A DNA stretch of 44,686 nt from Vulcanimicrobiales bacterium (lineage in GTDB: Bacteria; Vulcanimicrobiota; Vulcanimicrobiia; Vulcanimicrobiales; Vulcanimicrobiaceae). Shown here piece by piece: positions 30,096-38,925 of this stretch (position 1 is the first letter of the stretch; every line of letters starts with the position of its first letter). The position numbers and the translations under genes are program-made. Location of the stretch: assembly GCA_038215615.1 (NCBI GenBank), contig JBBQQR010000018.1, forward strand, positions 1-44,686, given 5' to 3'. A model generated the notes under the pieces. It made no database searches and was not told where the DNA came from. It was given only the letters and a program-made list of their open reading frames with translations.

Positions 30096-31645
30096 GAAAA
30101 CTCGCCGCTTTCCTATTGTTCTTCGCCTTGGGTGCGCCGATGGTGTCGGCATCGGCCGCTCCGCCGCGCACGCCGCCGCAGGCCGCGACATCCCCGCCGC
30201 CCGAAGTTTCCGACGGCGAAACGCCCGATGCGGTTACCCCGCATACGGTCACGATCGACGGTCAGCCGTACGCTTACACGGCGCGTGCCGGCACGATGAC
30301 GCTGCGCAACGACAAGGAAGCCCCGACCGCCCGCGTTTTCTACACGGCCTATACGCTCGACGGCACCGAGCCGGGATCGCGCCCGGTCACCTTCATTTAT
30401 AATGGTGGTCCGGGCAGCTCGACGATGTGGCTGCGCATGGGCTCGGTCGGACCTGTCCGCGTGCTGGCGGCCAACGCCGCGGCGACCGGGCCGCCGCCGT
30501 ACCGCATTGCCAACAATTCCTACAGCTTGCTCGACAAGAGCGATCTCGTCTTCATCGATATGCCCGACAGCGGTTTCGGCCGCATCACCGGCGCCGGGAC
30601 GCCCAAGATGTTCTTCGGCGTCGACCAAGACGTCGCGGCCTTCGCGCAATTCATCCAGCGCTACCTCACGAAATTCGGACGGTGGAATTCGCCGAAATTT
30701 TTGTTCGGCGAGAGCTACGGCACCACGCGCTCTGCCGCGCTTGCGAACACGCTGCTCAACCAAGGCATCGCGCTTAATGGCGTCGTGCTGCTTTCTTCGA
30801 TCTTGAACTTCGGACTGGATTTCGGCAACGGCGACCCGATCGCCGCGGGCGACTGGGCGTACGTGCTCTATCTTCCAACCGAAGCCGCCGCCGCTTGGTA
30901 TCACGGTAAAGTCCGCAACCGGCCGGCCGACCTCGCGGCGTTTTTGCAGCCCGTCGAACAATTCGCGCTTGGCGAATACTTAGACGCGCTGTATAAAGGC
31001 GCGAATCTGAGCGCGTCGGAGCGCAACGACGTCGTCCACAAGTTGAGCGCATATCTGGGCGTCTCCGAGCAGTACGTGCGCGAAAGCAACTTGCGAGTTC
31101 CTTATCAGCGTTTCGAGCAGCAGCTGCTGCGCTCGCAGGACGCCGTCATCGGACGGCTCGATGCGCGTTATCAGACGTTCGCGCTGGACCGCGCCGGTGA
31201 CGAGGGTCCGGCGTGGGATCCGACCGATTCGTCGATCGACGCGCCGTACACGACTGCGATCAATCAATATCTGCGCAGTGATTTGAAATATGACACCACG
31301 CTGCAATACCGCCCGAACATCTACGGCATCATCTACGGCAATGGTAGTTCCTGGGATTTCACGCACAACCGGCGCGAGCCGCCCAATGTGGCCCCGGATC
31401 TCGCCGAAGCGATGACGCAGAATCCCAGCCTGAAAGTCTTTTCGGCCAACGGCTACTACGATTTTGCCACGCCATACTTCGCCACGGTCTACACGCTGCA
31501 GCATTTGAGCATCGCGCCGCAGCTGCAGAAGAATATCACGTTCGGCTTTTATCAGTCGGGACACATGATCTATCTCAACGAAGCCGCACTCGCACAATTC
31601 AAGAACGACCTGGCCCGCTGGTACGACAGCGCGCTTGCACGCTGA
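30092..31645 (+). CDS. Secreted S10 family serine carboxypeptidase
   Basis: Signal peptide, YNGGPGSS, FGESYG, GYYDFATP and SGHMIY. Confidence 0.9.
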   Translation: MRKLAAFLLFFALGAPMVSASAAPPRTPPQAATSPPPEVSDGETPDAVTPHTVTIDGQPYAYTARAGTMTLRNDKEAPTARVFYTAYTLDGTEPGSRPVTFIYNGGPGSSTMWLRMGSVGPVRVLAANAAATGPPPYRIANNSYSLLDKSDLVFIDMPDSGFGRITGAGTPKMFFGVDQDVAAFAQFIQRYLTKFGRWNSPKFLFGESYGTTRSAALANTLLNQGIALNGVVLLSSILNFGLDFGNGDPIAAGDWAYVLYLPTEAAAAWYHGKVRNRPADLAAFLQPVEQFALGEYLDALYKGANLSASERNDVVHKLSAYLGVSEQYVRESNLRVPYQRFEQQLLRSQDAVIGRLDARYQTFALDRAGDEGPAWDPTDSSIDAPYTTAINQYLRSDLKYDTTLQYRPNIYGIIYGNGSSWDFTHNRREPPNVAPDLAEAMTQNPSLKVFSANGYYDFATPYFATVYTLQHLSIAPQLQKNITFGFYQSGHMIYLNEAALAQFKNDLARWYDSALAR

Positions 31646-31652
31646 GGACAGA

Positions 31653-33158
31653 ATGAAAAAAGCACTAGCAATAATCACTGCTTTGAGCGCGCTTTCGATG
31701 CTCGCTGCCAAGCCGGCGCCTAAGCCCTACGTTCCGGCTCCGCCGCCCGACGCGATATCACACCACGTTACGTCGATCGGCGGCCAAACGATAGCATACA
31801 CGGCGCGCGCCGGGACGATCACGCTGCGCGATGACAAAGAACAGATTACGGCGCACATGTTTTACGTCGCCTACACGAAGGACGGAAGCGATCTGAGCCA
31901 CAGACCGGTGACGTTTTTTTACAACGGCGGCCCCGGCAGCTCGACGATCTGGCTGCACATGGGTTCGTTTTCGCCGGTACGCGTTGTGACGGCTAACGCC
32001 GTACCGAATGCCTCCGCGCCGTATGGGATGAATAGCAACCGCTACAGCCTGCTCGATAAGTCGGACCTCGTCTTTATCGACGCGCCGAACACCGGCTTTA
32101 GCCGCGTCATCGGCTACGGCGATCCCAAGGATTTCATGGGCGTCGATCAAGATGGGCGCGCGTTCACGCAGTTCATTCAGCGTTACATTACGCAGTTCGA
32201 CCGCTGGAATTCGCCCAAGTTTCTTTTTGGCGAAAGCTACGGCACGACGCGCGATGCGGTGCTCGTGAACATGCTACAAGATGCGGGCGTGCAATTCAAC
32301 GGCGTCGTGCTGCTCTCGGCGATCCTCAATTTCGGATTGACGGGACTGGGCGGCTCGAATCCCATTGCAGGCGGCGACTGGGCGTACGTGCTCTATCTGC
32401 CGAGTGAGGCCGCAACCGCATGGTACCACCACATGGTTCCGAACCGGCCGGCGAGTCTCTCGGCTTTTCTGCAGACCGTGCAGCAATTCGCCGGCACGCA
32501 ATACTTGCACGGGCTGGCGCAGGGCGACCGGTTGAGCGCATCGGGCCGCGACGACATCGTCCGTAAGCTGTACGCGTATCTCGGACTCTCCGAAACCTAC
32601 ATTCGGGATTCGAACATGCGCATTTCCTATCCGCGCTTTCAAAAGGAACTGCTGCGCGGCAGTGATCAGATCGTTGGCCGCCTCGATGCGCGCTTTCAAA
32701 CCTATGGATTGGATGCGGCCGCGGATTCGCCCGAATGGGATCCGGCCGACGTCGCGATCACCGGCGCGTATGTAGGAGCATTCGAACGGTATCTGCACGA
32801 CCAGCTGCATTACTCGACGAACTTGCAATACCGGCCCACGGCTTACACGCAACTGGGGGCGCGTTGGGATATGCATCACAACGGCAACGATCCGCCGGCC
32901 AACGTCGCGCCGGACCTAGCGCAGGCGATGACCGAGAACCCGCACCTGAAAGTATTGCTCGCGGGCGGATACTACGACTTTGCCACACCGTATTTTGCGG
33001 CGGCGTATACGCTTGGCCATTTAGGTGTGGCGCCCGCAATCGCGCGCAACGTCACGTACAGGTTCTACCAGTCAGGACACATGGTGTACTTGAACACGCC
33101 GTCGCTGGCGCAGTTCAAAGCCGACTTGTCGCGCTGGTACGACTCGGCGACCCGCTAG
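31653..33158 (+). CDS. Secreted S10 family serine carboxypeptidase (tandem paralogue)
   Basis: MKKALAII signal, YNGGPGSS, FGESYG, GYYDFATP and SGHMVY. Confidence 0.9.
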   Translation: MKKALAIITALSALSMLAAKPAPKPYVPAPPPDAISHHVTSIGGQTIAYTARAGTITLRDDKEQITAHMFYVAYTKDGSDLSHRPVTFFYNGGPGSSTIWLHMGSFSPVRVVTANAVPNASAPYGMNSNRYSLLDKSDLVFIDAPNTGFSRVIGYGDPKDFMGVDQDGRAFTQFIQRYITQFDRWNSPKFLFGESYGTTRDAVLVNMLQDAGVQFNGVVLLSAILNFGLTGLGGSNPIAGGDWAYVLYLPSEAATAWYHHMVPNRPASLSAFLQTVQQFAGTQYLHGLAQGDRLSASGRDDIVRKLYAYLGLSETYIRDSNMRISYPRFQKELLRGSDQIVGRLDARFQTYGLDAAADSPEWDPADVAITGAYVGAFERYLHDQLHYSTNLQYRPTAYTQLGARWDMHHNGNDPPANVAPDLAQAMTENPHLKVLLAGGYYDFATPYFAAAYTLGHLGVAPAIARNVTYRFYQSGHMVYLNTPSLAQFKADLSRWYDSATR

Positions 33159-33161
33159 ACC

Positions 33162-36100
33162 TTAGCGCTCCAGCATCTGCAGCGTTCGCATAGCGGACGC
33201 TGCTTTTCTTTGCAGGATGCGGAACGATAAGTACTGCGATGCAGTCGGCCTAGCGGCGCCGCTTTCGACGTCACCTTCCAGCGCTCCAAGCGCGATGCCG
33301 ATATACCGTAAGCTCGTGAAGTCCTTTGCCGGCTTGCCGACGGAATCGTCGGGCGTGTTCTTGGGCGCGCTGCCGATCAACGTGTTCAGCTGCGCCAGCT
33401 GCGCGGGTGACAACTTCGAACCGCGAGATTTCAATAACGCCGCGGCGCGAGCTTGCGCGTCGGTGACTTGTGCGTTGAGCGCGTCAATGGAACGCGCGAG
33501 CTGGAGTTGCGACGCCAGGGCGGCGTTGCTCGCCGGATAGAGCGGATTGCGCGCTAAGGTGAGCGGCTGCGAGTACGTCGCTCCGTTCACGGTCATGCGA
33601 ACGGTGTAGTTGCCCGGTCCGGCCAGCGGACCGCCTCCCCGGCGCGGCGCCGCTGCCGGCGTGCTGTAGTGCAGGTCCCACACGTAGCGGTGCAGCCCGG
33701 GATCGCTCGACGGCGGCAGCTGCGGCTTCACCCAAAACGCGGGAATGTTCAGCGAACTGGGGTTAACGACGGTTGGCGCGTCTGCCGACGACCACTGCCG
33801 CAATACGTTTCCGTCCGGATTTAGAATCTGCAGACGTACCGGCGTGGAAGTTTGTCCGATCGAGTAATATATGACCGCGCCGGCGGACGGGTTATTCGCT
33901 GTCGGCTCGTCCGGCGGAATCGGCGTACCCTGATCGGATCCGGGCTGCCAAATATACGTAAGCGCAGGCTTGAAGAGATGTGCGCTTGAGCTCGCGACCG
34001 CGGCGCTCAATTGCCGAAGCGGCGAAGCGTCGTCGAGAATCCAGAACGCCCGGCCGTGCGTGGCGACAACGATGTCGCTCCCGTTAAAAACGATATCGCG
34101 CATCGAAGTCGCCGGCAGATTGAGTTGAAGCGACTGCCAATTGGAGCCGTCGTCAAATGAAACATAGACTGCGCGCTCCGTTCCGGCGTAGAGCAGCCCC
34201 CGGCGCCGCGGATCTTCACGGACGACATTGACCGATTCGGTCGCAGGAATGCCGTTTGTGATCGCGGTCCAATGCGCGCCCGAATCGTGGGTCTTATAGA
34301 TGTAGGGATGGTTGTCGTCGAGGCGGTGACGATCGACTGCGGCGTAGGCGGTCCCCGCGTCAAAATGGGATGCGTCGATGATGCCGACTTTGCTCCAGGG
34401 TGCTAATTGCGGCGGCGTCACGTTGAGCCACGAGGCACCTTCGTTGCGCGTAATCCAGATGAGCCCGTCATCGGTGCCCGCCCATATTTCATGCGCGCGT
34501 ACCGGCGACGGCGCGATCCAATAGACGACGCCGCGGCGTGGAAGGCCCGTGCTGTCGGCGATCGTCGGCGCGTCGAGCGTGTTGGGAACGGTGGTGAATT
34601 TCCTCGTGAGATCGGGGCTGATGATCGACCACGAGTTGCCGCCGTCGGGCGACCGGAATATTTGCTGGTGGCTCATGTAGAGCACACGCGGATTTTGGGG
34701 TGAAGAGGCGATCGGCAGCGTCCAAGTGTTGCGCCAGATTTTGCCCGGATACTGGATCGTCGGATCTATCGAGAGTTCCCAGCCCGTTTCCACGTTTTCG
34801 TAGACGCCCGATACGTCGTACAAGCGCCCGGGATGCAGCAAATCAGGGGCGATCGTGCCGCTCTCGCCGCCGACGTCGATCGGATGCCAGTCGCGGAAAC
34901 TAATTCCGCGCGCGGTCGTGCGGCTCGGTACTGCCATCGCGCCCGAATCTTGCTGCGCGCCGTACACCCAGTACGGGAAGCGATTGTCGGTGATGCCGTG
35001 ATAGAACTGCCCGGTCGGCTGGTTGTACCACGAGCTCCAAGTCTTCGCGCCATCGATCGAAACCACGGCGCCCTGATCGCTGCCCAAGATCATGCGGTTG
35101 GGATCGTCGGGATAGATCCAAAGCTGATGATAGTCGTCCCCGCCCGGCGCGCCCTTAATTGCGGTGAAGGACTTGCCGCCGTCGGTCGAACGATACGTCG
35201 AAGTATTCATGACGTAGACTTCGTCGGCGTTTTTGGGATCGGCGGTAACTTTGCTGAAGTACCAGCCTCGATTCCAAATCCGTGTTTCGCCATCGGTCTT
35301 CGACCACGTCGCGCCGCCGTCGTCGGAACGATAGACGCCGCCGGTCTTTACGGCGTTGGTGTCGACGAGCGCGTAGACGCGGTTGGAATTGGCCGGAGAA
35401 ACCGCTATGCCGACATGTCCCACTGAGGCCGGGAATCCGTTTCCTGAAATTTGCGTCCACGTGGCGCCGGCATCGGTGCTCTTGTAGAGTCCGCTGCCCG
35501 GGCCATTGCTCGGAGGATAGACGTTCCACGGTGGGCGGCGCGTCTGCCAGAGCGATGCAAATATGACGTTTGAATTCGACGGATCCATCGAAAGATCGAT
35601 CGCGCCGGTGTTTTCATCTTTGTAAAGGACCTTGCTCCACGTCTTGCCGCCGTCGGTCGACTTGAAGACGCCGCGCTCGGCGTTGGGACCGTACTGATGT
35701 CCCAGCGCAGCGACATACACGATGTTGGGATCTTTCGGATCGACGACGACCTTACCGATCTGCCGCGTGTCGGCCAAACCGATGTGAGACCAGGTTTTTC
35801 CGGCGTCGGTTGATTTGTACATGCCGTCGCCGTGCTGTATGTCGGAGCGCATGTCGGCTTCGCCCGAGCCGACGTAGATAACATTCGTGTCGCTGGGCGC
35901 GACCGCAATGGCGCCGATCGAGGCGACCGAAACGCCGTCGAAAATCGGGGACCACGTGCGCCCTGCGTTGTCGCTTTCCCAGACGCCGCCGCCGACCGAT
36001 CCGAAATAAAATTTCTCCGGCTGCCCCGGCACGCCGGTTACGGCTAGGGCGCGGCCTCCGCGGAAGGGTCCGATCAGTCGCCAGTGGAGCGCGCCGAGCG

Positions 36101-36197
36101 CGGAAGCGGGGTAGGTTTGGGCCGACGCGGGGCGCGCGATGAAAGCTTGCGGGCCAAGAAACGCGAGCGCGAGCGCGGCTGCATAAAATCGTCGCAC
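33162..36197 (-). CDS. Secreted VPS10/BNR (Asp-box) beta-propeller protein, glycosyl hydrolase-like
   Basis: Signal peptide, WRLIGPFRGGR, about 11 S/T-x-D/N-x-G-x-T/S-W repeats, GGDDYH and ATHGR. Confidence 0.85.
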   Translation of the reverse strand: MRRFYAAALALAFLGPQAFIARPASAQTYPASALGALHWRLIGPFRGGRALAVTGVPGQPEKFYFGSVGGGVWESDNAGRTWSPIFDGVSVASIGAIAVAPSDTNVIYVGSGEADMRSDIQHGDGMYKSTDAGKTWSHIGLADTRQIGKVVVDPKDPNIVYVAALGHQYGPNAERGVFKSTDGGKTWSKVLYKDENTGAIDLSMDPSNSNVIFASLWQTRRPPWNVYPPSNGPGSGLYKSTDAGATWTQISGNGFPASVGHVGIAVSPANSNRVYALVDTNAVKTGGVYRSDDGGATWSKTDGETRIWNRGWYFSKVTADPKNADEVYVMNTSTYRSTDGGKSFTAIKGAPGGDDYHQLWIYPDDPNRMILGSDQGAVVSIDGAKTWSSWYNQPTGQFYHGITDNRFPYWVYGAQQDSGAMAVPSRTTARGISFRDWHPIDVGGESGTIAPDLLHPGRLYDVSGVYENVETGWELSIDPTIQYPGKIWRNTWTLPIASSPQNPRVLYMSHQQIFRSPDGGNSWSIISPDLTRKFTTVPNTLDAPTIADSTGLPRRGVVYWIAPSPVRAHEIWAGTDDGLIWITRNEGASWLNVTPPQLAPWSKVGIIDASHFDAGTAYAAVDRHRLDDNHPYIYKTHDSGAHWTAITNGIPATESVNVVREDPRRRGLLYAGTERAVYVSFDDGSNWQSLQLNLPATSMRDIVFNGSDIVVATHGRAFWILDDASPLRQLSAAVASSSAHLFKPALTYIWQPGSDQGTPIPPDEPTANNPSAGAVIYYSIGQTSTPVRLQILNPDGNVLRQWSSADAPTVVNPSSLNIPAFWVKPQLPPSSDPGLHRYVWDLHYSTPAAAPRRGGGPLAGPGNYTVRMTVNGATYSQPLTLARNPLYPASNAALASQLQLARSIDALNAQVTDAQARAAALLKSRGSKLSPAQLAQLNTLIGSAPKNTPDDSVGKPAKDFTSLRYIGIALGALEGDVESGAARPTASQYLSFRILQRKAASAMRTLQMLER

Positions 36198-36266
36198 GCG
36201 ATGTGCTTCACGCTGGTTCTAGGCGTGCCCTGTGGCGACCCGTTTCTTCCCCACGTTTGGCGGACG

Positions 36267-36413
36267 CTATTTTACGAAGACAAAGCCGATTAAGCCGCCG
36301 ACTACGCTCAGCGCGAAGACGAAGATAAAAATCCACACACCCAGCCGCAGTAGCGCTTGACCGCGCCGCCGCGAGGATTGCGTCGTATATCTGACTTTCG
36401 ATTTAGCGCTCAC
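36267..36413 (-). CDS. Small single-TM membrane protein (48 aa)
   Basis: GTG 36413 overlaps the rsfS TGA; MSAKSKVRYTTQSSRRRGQALLRLGVWIFIFVFALSVVGGLIGFVFVK. Confidence 0.6.
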   Translation of the reverse strand: MSAKSKVRYTTQSSRRRGQALLRLGVWIFIFVFALSVVGGLIGFVFVK

Positions 36414-36751
36414 GAGCTGAGCGCTTGCCGTTCGGAGACCGGCGCCCAAAGCCGTTCGAGATTGTAGAATGCGCGCTGCTCAGGGGTGAAAACGTGCACG
36501 ATGATATCTCCAAGGTCGATCAAAATCCACGTGCCTTCAGAGTACCCTTCGAGACGGCCGACTCGCATACCAGCGGCTTTGATATTCTCGGTGATGCCGT
36601 CGGCAATCGCTCGCGTTTGCACCTTCGAACGTCCGGTAACGATGACGAACGTGTCGGCGATGATCGTTTTGCCCGCTACATCGATCTCCATGAATTGCTC
36701 GCCTTTTTTATCCGATGCGGCCGTCCGCACGATCTCAAGTATGTCCGCCAG
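36410..36751 (-). CDS. rsfS: Ribosome silencing factor RsfS
   Basis: DKKG, ADTFVIVTG, EG..WILIDLGDIIVHVF..RAFYNLERLW. Start is CTG 36751 (after GGAGG) or GTG 36730. Confidence 0.93.
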   Translation of the reverse strand: MADILEIVRTAASDKKGEQFMEIDVAGKTIIADTFVIVTGRSKVQTRAIADGITENIKAAGMRVGRLEGYSEGTWILIDLGDIIVHVFTPEQRAFYNLERLWAPVSERQALSS

Positions 36752-37331
36752 TGGTGGCCTCCGTCATAGCGTGTGCGCCGAATGTTCGCATTGCCGCAGC
36801 CGTTTGCGGGGCGAGCGGCAAGTGCTTGCTGCTAAGATACCGCAAAGATGACTCGATCGTTGCGCGCATCGCTCCGGAGAGGTCGCGTTCGGCCAGTTCT
36901 GCTAGGGGCGCCCGCTCCGGATAGTCGCGGCCGGGTTCGAGCCCGTCCGCTAAGTACAGAACGCAATCCAGCACCGACATCTGACCGGCCGCGAGCGTGT
37001 GCTTGGCGATCGCCGAGAGCACTTCGGGATCGGTGACGCCGAACTGCGCTCGCGCGAGCTCGGCGCTCAGCGGGGCATGCAGCACGATCGGGTGGGCGCG
37101 TTCGAAATCGCCGATGGTCATGCCGCGCGCCGCGCACTCTTCGAGGAGCCGTTCTTCGGAATAAAGCCGCGCCAGGTCGTGCAGCATCCCGGCCTTCCGC
37201 GCCTTTCCCGGATCCGCTCCATGAATGCGCGCCAAATTTTCCGCCATGCGCGCGACCCGTACGCAGTGCGCGTACCGGTGCTCTTGTCCGATGTGCTTGC
37301 GAACGAGCCTGCAGAGCTCCGTAAACGTCAC
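36735..37331 (-). CDS. yqeK: HD-domain Ap4A hydrolase YqeK
   Basis: RYAHCVRVA, AGMLHDLAR, LHAPLSA, IAKHT and LYLADGLEPGR; GTG 37331 overlaps the rimI stop. Confidence 0.9.
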   Translation of the reverse strand: MTFTELCRLVRKHIGQEHRYAHCVRVARMAENLARIHGADPGKARKAGMLHDLARLYSEERLLEECAARGMTIGDFERAHPIVLHAPLSAELARAQFGVTDPEVLSAIAKHTLAAGQMSVLDCVLYLADGLEPGRDYPERAPLAELAERDLSGAMRATIESSLRYLSSKHLPLAPQTAAAMRTFGAHAMTEATTGGHT

Positions 37332-37864
37332 TCGGCCAGCGTGGAGCGCAACGTGCGTAGCCGGTTGACGTAGATCTCGCTCTTGAGATTGCCGGCCCAC
37401 ATGACAAGCGCGTTCTCGTTGTTGTCGCTGTAGTAGCCGCGCCGCGTGGAAACCGTTGTAAAGCCGTACTTGCGGTAGAGCGCTTGCGCGACTTCGTTGC
37501 TTTCGCGAACCTCGAGCGTCATCCAAGAAGCGCCGCGAGCGATGGCTTCGTCGAGCAGTTTGAACAGCATGACCTCACCGTAGCGCCGCCCGCGATGGCG
37601 CGGCTCGACGGCGATCGTTGTGATATGTGAGTCTTCGAGGATCACCCAGATTCCGCCGTACGCGACGATGTCGTCGCCAATCCGTCCGACATAATAGTGC
37701 GCGAGCTTGTTATCGTTTAACTCTTGATAGAATGCGTTGGCCGGCCAGGTGGTTGTGAAGGACTGTTGTTCGATTCGCACGACTTCGCGCACATCCGAGC
37801 CGGCCATCGGTGCGATCGATAGGCGCTCGCCGCCGGCGGCCACCGGACGCGGATCGAGTTTCAT
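37328..37864 (-). CDS. rimI: Ribosomal protein S18-alanine N-acetyltransferase
   Basis: HITTIAV..RGRRYG, LEVRESN..AQALYRKYGF and RRGYYSDNNENALVM. Confidence 0.92.
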   Translation of the reverse strand: MKLDPRPVAAGGERLSIAPMAGSDVREVVRIEQQSFTTTWPANAFYQELNDNKLAHYYVGRIGDDIVAYGGIWVILEDSHITTIAVEPRHRGRRYGEVMLFKLLDEAIARGASWMTLEVRESNEVAQALYRKYGFTTVSTRRGYYSDNNENALVMWAGNLKSEIYVNRLRTLRSTLAE

Positions 37865-38502
37865 TTCTTGGGAATGCTTACAGCCGGGAGCTCGCCGTAA
37901 TCGGCGCGCACTTCATGCAGCGACTTTGCCGGTTGGCGCTGCGCCGCCAGCATAGCGATCGCGAGCGCGGCGGGTTGGATGGCTGATGGAAGAATCGTCA
38001 CATCAATTCCGCGTTCGCCAAGCGCGGCGCGCACGTCCTCCGCGCCGCTCCCGGCGAGAACAAGCGCCGCCGGCAGCTCGGGACTCAGCGCTTCGAACAC
38101 GTCGGAAATGTACCCGGACGCGCGGCGTTCCGAATCGTCCGTTCGCAAGCGAACGGAGACGACGCCTTCGCGTCCGCGAACGGCGGTAAGCAAGGGGCGG
38201 CCGCCCGCATCCAGCCCGCATTCGAGCGCGTCGAACGTCGAGACGCCACAGAGCGGTACGTTCCAGCCGAGCGCGAGCGCTTTTGCATAACTGATGGCGA
38301 TGCGCACGCCCGTGAAACTGCCCGGGCCGATGCCGACGCCGATGCGATCGACGCGCCGGTCGCCCACGACCTGAGAAATCGCGGCCATCCCCGCCTCCAG
38401 CGCAACTTTTCCGGGAAGCACTTGGCTCGCGCCCGCGCTGCCGTCTTCGAAAAGCGCCGCTGAAAACGATCCCAAGCCCGCATCGATACCGAGCACCGTC
38501 AT
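37861..38502 (-). CDS. tsaB: tRNA t6A biosynthesis protein TsaB
   Basis: VLGID and GIGPGSFTGVRIAISYAKAL; start ATG 38502. Confidence 0.92.
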   Translation of the reverse strand: MTVLGIDAGLGSFSAALFEDGSAGASQVLPGKVALEAGMAAISQVVGDRRVDRIGVGIGPGSFTGVRIAISYAKALALGWNVPLCGVSTFDALECGLDAGGRPLLTAVRGREGVVSVRLRTDDSERRASGYISDVFEALSPELPAALVLAGSGAEDVRAALGERGIDVTILPSAIQPAALAIAMLAAQRQPAKSLHEVRADYGELPAVSIPKK

Positions 38503-38900
38503 TGGGTTTGCACGCGCACGCTCCGCGGTTCGTCGCCTTTCCCTTCGATGACGATCGTGTAGTTGGGCCGCGGCAGAATGTTCCCGGCGCGTTCGCACCA
38601 TTCGATCAAGACGATCGAAGTGCCGTCGAAGGCTTCGTCCAGACCGAGTTCAGTGAGCTCGCGAGCGTCCTCGATCCGGTACAGATCCAGATGGTCGATT
38701 GGGGGCGTGCCGTCGTAACGGTGCCAGAACGTAAAGGACGGACTCGTCGCCTCTCTGCCCCCAGCGAGCCCTTTCACAAAGGCCGTTTTTCCCGAGCCCA
38801 GGGCACCGGAAAGACCGACCACATCGCCGGCTTTCAGGCTCCGTCCGAACTCGGCTGCGAACGCGCGCAGCTGCGCTTCATTGTAAAATGTTCGTTCCAT
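38499..38900 (-). CDS. tsaE: tRNA t6A biosynthesis ATPase TsaE
   Basis: GALGSGKT, TSPSF, HLDLYR and IEW. Confidence 0.93.
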   Translation of the reverse strand: MERTFYNEAQLRAFAAEFGRSLKAGDVVGLSGALGSGKTAFVKGLAGGREATSPSFTFWHRYDGTPPIDHLDLYRIEDARELTELGLDEAFDGTSIVLIEWCERAGNILPRPNYTIVIEGKGDEPRSVRVQTQ

Positions 38901-38925
38901 CTTTGCGGCGAATCAGCATCGTGCA

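Noticed and set aside
33162..36197. Repeated GCCGTCGGTCGA-like DNA motifs as a repeat or CRISPR array
   Set aside because: They encode protein Asp-box repeats and have irregular spacing
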